IMG/VR virus record: IMGVR_UViG_3300042879_003566
Location: 1-64,000 of that record
Direction: 5' to 3' (one strand)
Source of the DNA: a virus
Length of the DNA stretch: 64,000 bases
The notes below the pieces were generated by a model, which worked only from the letters and a program-made list of their open reading frames with translations, did no database searches and was not told where the DNA came from. How positions within the stretch are numbered: position 1 is the first letter of the stretch; every line of letters begins with the position of its first letter. This document shows positions 57,630 through 64,000 of this stretch, piece by piece. The translations under genes and the position numbers were made by a program.

Positions 57630-59975
57630 ATGGCTGGGGACGCAAAGGCCAGACTTAAAGAAATCATTGACTCCTACCTCGAAAAAGACGGTGGAGCTTC
57701 AATCGATACTGGCGTCGTTGCGGCACACCTTGCGCAGATGAAATTATTCGGCATCCGCCAGGGTGTCGAATTTTTTCCTGCCCAAGACAACTTTGGCAAT
57801 CAACGCAAAGACTTTATTGATCGCGTAATTAAATACAACCAACTTGATACGCGCCTTGATTCGGTTTGGGATTATTTCCTTTGTGATGGACAGGGGTTGT
57901 TTTACATCCGTCCTACGCAAAATAATTACCGTCTTTACTTTTTCCGTAAACACGAATACAGAAGTTTCTACAATATTGACGGTGAGCTAGATGAAGTCGT
58001 CATCATTTATAGCTATAAGGTTCGTCAAGGTCTTGGCTTCCAGCAGGACATTGAAGTCAGTAACCTTAGTGGTCCGGCTGGCATGGGGCGGGGCGGCGTC
58101 AAGCGTTACATCCGTCTGTCGATTAAACGTAAAACAATCGAAGAAACGCATTCTGAAGGCGAGATTTCTTTCGACACCAACTACCAATCTGTCCCTGGCC
58201 GCACAAAAACATTTAAAAATACTCTTGGTTTTATTCCCTGCGTTGAAATCTTTAACAACGCTAAGGGCTTCTCGACAGAGGGCGTTGGTGAATTCGATGC
58301 GTTAGCCAATCACATCTGTACGCATGACGAAATGGTTCGCACCATGCGTAAGAACGTTCAGTTCTTTGGTAACCCAACACTGCTTTCGTCTCGTCCCAAG
58401 ACAGACCTAATGGAGTCCGGTGGCGAAACCGTTGTCCAGCGTCCGTCTATTGCAGCTAACTCTGGTTTCATGGGCGGTGGTGCTCTGAGTCAGTCACGCT
58501 TCAAAGCAGATCCCGTCTATCGCGGTGTTGATGGTCAGCTCCGCGTTCCACGCATCATTGCCAACCTGGAGCCAAACGACCGAGTTGGTTATATCGTCCC
58601 TGACGCCATCACTGGTGACCAAAATTCTTTTGCACGCCAGTATCGAGAGGAAATCCGTACCGCCCTTGGTGGCGTTGATGAACTCTCAATTTCTGCAGGT
58701 GTTACTGCAACTGAATACAAATCTTTGTTTGGACGTGTTTCTGCAACATCCAAGAAAAAAGCAATTTCTATTTATACCTATGGCATTTGCCGTTGTTTGG
58801 AACTGATTATTTTCCAAGAAGAACGTCTTTTCCGTGACACCCTGGCCGCTGCTGCAGGTCTTGAAAAGCCCCTGGAATTACCAGAGACAGCAACGCCTGA
58901 AGACTTTGTTGCCTACGAAGATGCCATGGGCATGTTTGAAGATCAAGTCAAGCAGTTGATGATGGCTTGTCTGCGTACCCAGCAGATTCCTCCTGGTGTT
59001 TTAGGCCTTATTCCCGATGGTGATGTCACCGTTCAGTGGCGTTGGTTGGGTCCTGTTTACGAAGATTCCACCCAAGATATTCTCAACAACTCCATTGTTG
59101 TTCGAAATCTGCAAGAATTAGGTGTTGATAGCATTGAGGCACTGAAATACCTCTTTCCGTCTAAAACGGATGAGGAACGGGCCGAGATGCTATCTGGGTT
59201 CCCGTTCAGAATGGTGAACGAATTACAGGGTGCATACTCTGCTTTCGCTCGCTTAGTGGGAGGAATGATGCAGACCCCCCACCCGCAATCACCGGATTTA
59301 CCGATGGCTGCGGACCCGCGATTGGATTTGACCCCATATCTGTATCGCACTTTAGAAGCCTTACAAAAGGAGATGAGTTATGCAGGACGCTACCGTCCAA
59401 TCGATCCCACAGACGAGCCAAGCACCAGTGGCCGTCGCTCCGAGCAGCTACGTGGTGGCAGCACCGCAGGCAGCTCCGGCGCAGGCTCCAGTGGCTTATC
59501 AGGTGGGTACCAGCTACCCCCAAGCGGTGCCTCAGGCGGCCCCCAGCTACCAATCAGCCCCTACTCAGTACGCCCCCCAATCCCAACCGGAGGCACCTCA
59601 GGGGAATCCTTGGGAATCGGCGTTCAACAAGGTGGTGAACCTGCTGAGCGCACCAGTCCAATCCCCGTTCCAGGGTCAACAGTATCCAGCGACGACTCAG
59701 TTTACCCCGGCCAATTACGGACAGCCCAGCAGCCAAGCTACGCAACAATCGGCTCCGCAGACCTGGTCTCCCAGCCCGGCATACTCGCCCAGCTCTTCCC
59801 AAACTTCCTCGACTCCCTCCTTGGAGCAAATCGCGGACCTGGTGGGAATGAGCCAGGAAAGCCGTCAGGTGATGGACGCGTTCGGGATCGAAGCTCCGGC
59901 TCTGCTGAACAACTACGCTCTAAACCTGGAGCAAATGCTGGACAGCGCCGTCGCGTGGGGAAACCGCGCCGCTGA
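57630..59975 (+). CDS. Portal protein with ~200-aa low-complexity C-terminal extension
   Basis: Position between terL and scaffold/MCP; N.LGFIPCVEI.N portal-like motif. Confidence 0.7.
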   Translation: MAGDAKARLKEIIDSYLEKDGGASIDTGVVAAHLAQMKLFGIRQGVEFFPAQDNFGNQRKDFIDRVIKYNQLDTRLDSVWDYFLCDGQGLFYIRPTQNNYRLYFFRKHEYRSFYNIDGELDEVVIIYSYKVRQGLGFQQDIEVSNLSGPAGMGRGGVKRYIRLSIKRKTIEETHSEGEISFDTNYQSVPGRTKTFKNTLGFIPCVEIFNNAKGFSTEGVGEFDALANHICTHDEMVRTMRKNVQFFGNPTLLSSRPKTDLMESGGETVVQRPSIAANSGFMGGGALSQSRFKADPVYRGVDGQLRVPRIIANLEPNDRVGYIVPDAITGDQNSFARQYREEIRTALGGVDELSISAGVTATEYKSLFGRVSATSKKKAISIYTYGICRCLELIIFQEERLFRDTLAAAAGLEKPLELPETATPEDFVAYEDAMGMFEDQVKQLMMACLRTQQIPPGVLGLIPDGDVTVQWRWLGPVYEDSTQDILNNSIVVRNLQELGVDSIEALKYLFPSKTDEERAEMLSGFPFRMVNELQGAYSAFARLVGGMMQTPHPQSPDLPMAADPRLDLTPYLYRTLEALQKEMSYAGRYRPIDPTDEPSTSGRRSEQLRGGSTAGSSGAGSSGLSGGYQLPPSGASGGPQLPISPYSVRPPIPTGGTSGESLGIGVQQGGEPAERTSPIPVPGSTVSSDDSVYPGQLRTAQQPSYATIGSADLVSQPGILAQLFPNFLDSLLGANRGPGGNEPGKPSGDGRVRDRSSGSAEQLRSKPGANAGQRRRVGKPRR

Positions 59976-60339
59976 CACGATCAAAGGCTACGCCGAGTTC
60001 TCTGTCAACGAGCACCAGGAGAACCTGGCTTACAACGAAATTCTGACCAACCCCGACGTGCTCAGCGATTACACGCTGAAATTCTTCGGTCCTGAAGGTC
60101 CCTATCCCGTGTACGAAAACGAAGCTCAACTGGAGACTCGCGGCTATCCTACCCAAGCCGTGGCTCAGCCTCAACTGGGTCAGCTGCCCGCTCCCCCGGC
60201 TGCCGCTGCTCCTCAGGCCCCCGAAAACTTCTGGGGCAACTTCAGTGAGATGATGGCTCGTGATCCCCAGAATGCCTGGCGCGTTCTGAACCAAGCGCAA
60301 CCTCAAACAGTTGCTAACAAACTGTTTGTGATGGAGTGA
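59380..60339 (+). CDS. Capsid scaffolding protein
   Basis: AAGGAG RBS upstream; P/Q/A-rich; immediately precedes MCP. Confidence 0.7.
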   Translation: MQDATVQSIPQTSQAPVAVAPSSYVVAAPQAAPAQAPVAYQVGTSYPQAVPQAAPSYQSAPTQYAPQSQPEAPQGNPWESAFNKVVNLLSAPVQSPFQGQQYPATTQFTPANYGQPSSQATQQSAPQTWSPSPAYSPSSSQTSSTPSLEQIADLVGMSQESRQVMDAFGIEAPALLNNYALNLEQMLDSAVAWGNRAADTIKGYAEFSVNEHQENLAYNEILTNPDVLSDYTLKFFGPEGPYPVYENEAQLETRGYPTQAVAQPQLGQLPAPPAAAAPQAPENFWGNFSEMMARDPQNAWRVLNQAQPQTVANKLFVME

Positions 60340-60471
60340 TAAATAAGTCGGTAATTTGTTTAACTTTTAAAAATAAATTACCGACTGCTAAAATTTGTGT
60401 TAGATAAGACATATATTGTCTGAATCTTTCACCCGGCAAAATCTCCCCAAGATTCTGGAGGATAAAACAAA

Positions 60472-61635
60472 GTGTTCATTGATAACGATTTTCCAAAGAT
60501 TTTAGGTGCGGAGCTCTACCGTCCCCATCCTGCTTACATCGCTGAAATGGCGGTTGAGCCCGTGGTAGTCCACGACTTCACCCGTCAGCCTGGTCAAACC
60601 GTTCAGCTGGATCGCTACAAGTTCTGGGGTACCCCTGGTACTAAGGACAGCCGTGAGCGCATCGCTGACCAGACCATCGGTACTGCCAACAGCCGCAACA
60701 TCACCAAGGAGAAGGTGCTTGTTGTGCTGAAGGAATACACCGGTCCTGCGGACCCGGGCGATCCGACCCAGCCCAGCACCTTCAAAATTGCTCGTGAAAC
60801 CCTGGTTACCGCCCAGCGCCTGCTGCTGGACACCGGCAACCTGAACATGTTCCACCAGAGCATCGGTTCGCTGACCCTGCTCGACGACTATCGCCGTTGG
60901 CGCGACCGCGTCTTTATTGACGAACTCTCTAAAGCTGAAGCCAATGGTGCCGCTTCCTCCACCCAGGGCGGTTACTATTTCGCTGGTGGTAAGACCAAAG
61001 ACTCTTCTGGTCGCGTGTCTTACAGCACCGCCGAGTACGGCAATGAAGTGCAGCAGTTCCAGGTGCGTACCGACCTGTTGACCGTGGTCAAGGACCTGCG
61101 TAAGCGCAACGTCCCCACTTTCGCTGATGGTCTGTATCGCTGCATCTGCGATCCTACCTTCATGATGCACCTGCGTCGTGATCCTGACTTCCGTGAGATC
61201 GCCCGCTACAGCGGCAACCCTGGCCAAGGCATGTACATGGGCAACCCCATGATGCCTAACAACGCCAGCTTCTACATGGGTCCCCAAGCTGGTCAGGCTT
61301 ACTTCCTGGCTGGTGAACCCGTGATGCCCACCGGCGTTCAGTTTGAAGGCGTTAAGTTCTACGAGTCGACCAACTTCCCGATCAAGAACGTGACCGCCTC
61401 TTTCGATGGTGGTTCCGCCTACGCTTCCAAGGAAGTTGCCCAAGGCTACTTCTTCGGTCCTCAGTCCATCGGTGTTGGCATCGGCGGCCCGAACGCTCAG
61501 GTGCTCATCAACAACAACGACGACTTCAGCCGCTTCATCATCCTGATCTGGCAACTGTACGCTGGCTTCGAAATCCTGAACAAGGACTTCGTGACTACCG
61601 CCTACAGCTTCGTTCAAGATGATGGCGACATCTGA
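60472..61635 (+). CDS. Major capsid protein
   Basis: GGAGG RBS; strongly biased codons; DF..QPGQTV N-terminal motif; DDFSR...W near C-terminus. Confidence 0.85.
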   Translation: MFIDNDFPKILGAELYRPHPAYIAEMAVEPVVVHDFTRQPGQTVQLDRYKFWGTPGTKDSRERIADQTIGTANSRNITKEKVLVVLKEYTGPADPGDPTQPSTFKIARETLVTAQRLLLDTGNLNMFHQSIGSLTLLDDYRRWRDRVFIDELSKAEANGAASSTQGGYYFAGGKTKDSSGRVSYSTAEYGNEVQQFQVRTDLLTVVKDLRKRNVPTFADGLYRCICDPTFMMHLRRDPDFREIARYSGNPGQGMYMGNPMMPNNASFYMGPQAGQAYFLAGEPVMPTGVQFEGVKFYESTNFPIKNVTASFDGGSAYASKEVAQGYFFGPQSIGVGIGGPNAQVLINNNDDFSRFIILIWQLYAGFEILNKDFVTTAYSFVQDDGDI

Positions 61636-61671
61636 TAGTTAAATACATACCTTATACCTAGGAAAAGATAA

Positions 61672-62472
61672 ATGACCTATTTGTCTGCTAAGAAAATCTA
61701 CCCCGGTAACTGGGCAGAGCCCCTGAACGGTTGGTACAAGAACATTGATGCCGACTACGCAGGTGTTAATGATGGTTCCAAGGGTGGCCCCACTTCGGTG
61801 CTGGCCATCCCTGGCTACCGCTACTTCCAGCAGCGTGGCTATGTGCCCGTGAACGCTACCTCTGGTGGCGGCGCAATCGGCACCGGCAACGTGATCGTTC
61901 CTTCGCCTTACCGCCAGGACGACACCCGCCCCGACATCACCGGCATGGTGATCTCTGGTAGTGCCACCCTGCCTGCTTATGTGTATCGCGCTACCGTATC
62001 CGTGGCTTCTGGCTGGGGCGACGGTCGTGTGGCTTCCGGTGTGTATGCCGCTACCGGTAACGTGATCAGCTTCTGCCGCGATTCCAGCGGTCCTGTGGCT
62101 TCCACAGGCGTTGGTGAATCTGTGGCTCAGGCCAACCTGGCTTCTACCACCTCCGGCTCCCAGCCCGGCGAAGTCTTCTTCGCTGGTGGCTCGGCTGCTT
62201 ATAGCACCAACGCTTTCCTCACCGCTACCGGTGCTGCTGGCGTTTCCGGTTCCGTGGTGAACTATCAGGTGACTGCCGCTACCACCTTCAAGGTGTTCGC
62301 CCGTGGCACCACCACTGGCCTGACCACTTCCGGTGGTTTCTACATCTCCAGTGGTGATGCATCTGCCAGTCGCACTGGTTACCTCGTGGTTGAAGTGTGC
62401 TACGTCCAGCCGGACGAAGCTCCTGGCTACGAAGATATCGACGGCTATCTGACCGGTCGCACAGTTAGCTGA
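61672..62472 (+). CDS. Abundant structural protein (capsid decoration-like)
   Basis: Follows MCP with the same codon bias; beta-rich. Confidence 0.6.
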   Translation: MTYLSAKKIYPGNWAEPLNGWYKNIDADYAGVNDGSKGGPTSVLAIPGYRYFQQRGYVPVNATSGGGAIGTGNVIVPSPYRQDDTRPDITGMVISGSATLPAYVYRATVSVASGWGDGRVASGVYAATGNVISFCRDSSGPVASTGVGESVAQANLASTTSGSQPGEVFFAGGSAAYSTNAFLTATGAAGVSGSVVNYQVTAATTFKVFARGTTTGLTTSGGFYISSGDASASRTGYLVVEVCYVQPDEAPGYEDIDGYLTGRTVS

Positions 62473-62510
62473 TTAGGGTAAACTAGGACCAGAATATTCT
62501 TCTGGTCCTT

Positions 62511-62921
62511 ATGCTCTACCAGCACAGAAAGACTGGCGCTCGCGTCAAAATTGTAAGTGAATGGGATAACGGCGATTGGTTCATGGTCGAAGATCAGGAC
62601 GGTCGCCTTTATACCGCTTACAAACAAGAACTTGAACCTGACGAAGCAGCAACAAAAACTGTTAAAACTCTTCAGGTAAAAGATAAAGCGGCTAAAGAAG
62701 AACCTCGGTCTTTCCCGCCCGACAATCGCCTCAACATTAATGCGGCGACCGCTCAGATGATCGCAGATCACATCAAGGGTATCGGCTTAAAGACAGCGCG
62801 TGAGATCAAAGATCTCCAGATGTCCTTGTCGGGTGAAAGATTCAACAATCTCGAACAGCTGAAGCAAATCAAACGGGTTGATTGGGATTCTGTTTTGGCG
62901 GCTGACCTAATCCGCGTCTAA
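62511..62921 (+). CDS. Helix-hairpin-helix domain protein
   Basis: RLNINAATA...IKGIG.K.A..I...F..LEQL. Confidence 0.7.
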   Translation: MLYQHRKTGARVKIVSEWDNGDWFMVEDQDGRLYTAYKQELEPDEAATKTVKTLQVKDKAAKEEPRSFPPDNRLNINAATAQMIADHIKGIGLKTAREIKDLQMSLSGERFNNLEQLKQIKRVDWDSVLAADLIRV

Positions 62922-62937
62922 CACTCATCTCCTCCAA

Positions 62938-62961
62938 GCCCCTGGGAAACCAGGGGTTTTT
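62938..62961 (+). terminator. Rho-independent terminator
   Basis: CCCCTGG-GAAA-CCAGGGG followed by T5. Confidence 0.8.
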
Positions 62962-62987
62962 CGTTTTACAATAAAAAGAAAAAGGAT

Positions 62988-63734
62988 ATGGCTGGCCCAG
63001 CAGTATATTTAGGTCGTCAAGGCTCTACCGGAGATTCAACCGGTGAACATTTTCATTTCACTTTAAAAAATAAAAAAGGGCAGACAATTCCTTTTTCAAC
63101 AGCCAGAACAGACGTTGGTCAATATCTGCAATACCGTTTACCAGGATCCGAAGAATGGGTAAATCTTTATAAGAAAAATCCTGCGGGAGGTTTTACCTCT
63201 GCGCCATATATGCAAGCTCCAACCGGGGGAAGTGCATATGGTATGCGGGAGTCTCATCCTATCCACGGTGATCGACGCATGCACTATGGAGAAGATTACC
63301 CTCTTCCCAAAGGAGCGCAGTTGCGTTTTCTTGGTCAAGGGTCTGTAAGCACGCACGCTGGTCGCGGTGGAGCAGGCAATGTTTCGGTTTTACGTTTGCC
63401 CAGCGGTTATGAATTAGAAACCTATCACCTCAGCGAACTTCCCCAAGCAGCAACAACGCGCCCTTCTGATACCGTGGAAACTGCAGGTGCTCCCACAGAT
63501 TCACGGACCGACGATATCTTGAAAGCGTTTATGTATGGCACACAACTTCAAAATAAAAAAGAAGAGGTGGCGGGTCCTTCTTTGCAAGATACGTTAAAAG
63601 GGCAAATTGTTGGTGGATTACTTTCCCAGGCCTTAAATCCCATGGGGTTTTTAGATTCCTATCGTGGAGGTAATCCCTTCCTCTCGGGTAAAACTGCAGC
63701 TACCTCTGATTACCTGGGCGGACTTTTTGGTTGA
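62988..63734 (+). CDS. M23-like peptidase, circularly permuted
   Basis: GSTGDSTGEHFHF precedes YGMR..HPI....MHYGEDY and TYHL. Confidence 0.6.
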   Translation: MAGPAVYLGRQGSTGDSTGEHFHFTLKNKKGQTIPFSTARTDVGQYLQYRLPGSEEWVNLYKKNPAGGFTSAPYMQAPTGGSAYGMRESHPIHGDRRMHYGEDYPLPKGAQLRFLGQGSVSTHAGRGGAGNVSVLRLPSGYELETYHLSELPQAATTRPSDTVETAGAPTDSRTDDILKAFMYGTQLQNKKEEVAGPSLQDTLKGQIVGGLLSQALNPMGFLDSYRGGNPFLSGKTAATSDYLGGLFG

Positions 63735-63773
63735 TTACTTGCTTTTATAATTAAAAGATAAGGAGAAATAGAA

Positions 63774-64000
63774 GTGCGGCTCTCTGACTTCGACAAAAGT
63801 AGAGTCAGGTATCACCTGGGGTATTTCACGGTTTCTGTTCCTGCGGGTGATTACGCTCGTCTAGAAGAAGCAATGAATACCGTCCCGGATTCATACTTCT
63901 ATGACAAAATCACAATCCAGATCGGTCGTTGCGATACCGCTGAAAAGAAAACAGAAGTTGCAACTTCTCCTTCGACGCGGTTAGAAAGCATTGCCGGTGA
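63774..64000 (+). CDS. Partial protein, possibly head-tail adaptor
   Basis: AAGGAG RBS; GTG start; MRLSDFDKSRVRYHLGY...; runs off the window. Confidence 0.5.
   Translation, partial: MRLSDFDKSRVRYHLGYFTVSVPAGDYARLEEAMNTVPDSYFYDKITIQIGRCDTAEKKTEVATSPSTRLESIAG

Noticed and set aside
60502-61617. 371-aa antisense ORF over the major capsid gene
   Set aside because: Expected by-product of strong codon bias; no RBS or recognisable motifs
1-64000. Prophage/integrase or alternative genetic code
   Set aside because: No integrase or host flanking genes seen; long genes read intact in code 11 and all three stop codons are used

Overview
A ~64 kb segment of a tailed dsDNA cyanophage genome, host probably Synechococcus/Cyanobium-like (hli, DUF4278-like gene with an NtcA box, possible nblA, speD, dps). 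Layout: tail-fibre/lysis genes (1-5.2 kb); primase-helicase, GT4 glycosyltransferase, speD and exonuclease (7.8-13.9 kb, -); a nucleotide-sugar/glycosyltransferase operon (14.4-19.5 kb, +); two putative structured ncRNAs and tRNA-Thr (20-21 kb); a third, inverted tail-fibre paralogue (24.5-26.8 kb); a long minus-strand early/replication arm (27-44.9 kb: Gp157, double-OB SSB, family A DNA polymerase, Gp88-like, thyX, tRNA-Leu, PcfJ-like, many small ORFs); and a plus-strand morphogenesis arm (45.6-64 kb: putative internal virion proteins, terminase, portal, scaffold, major capsid). The most striking unexplained signal is non-coding. Many genes of the early arm are preceded, about 20-34 nt upstream of the start codon, by one of several small repeated RNA structure families with compensatory base changes: six ~27-nt H-type pseudoknots, four GGCA/GUAAGUCC internal-loop hairpins, two bistable elements and one T-loop mini-tRNA. 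Other highlights: a conserved 15-19 bp anchor downstream of tail-fibre cassettes, a kissing-loop ncRNA before tRNA-Thr, an NtcA-box/DUF4278 module, a short-arm tRNA-Leu(UAA), a circularly permuted M23 peptidase and a 596-nt portal/scaffold overlap. All protein assignments come from motif recognition by eye, not database searches.
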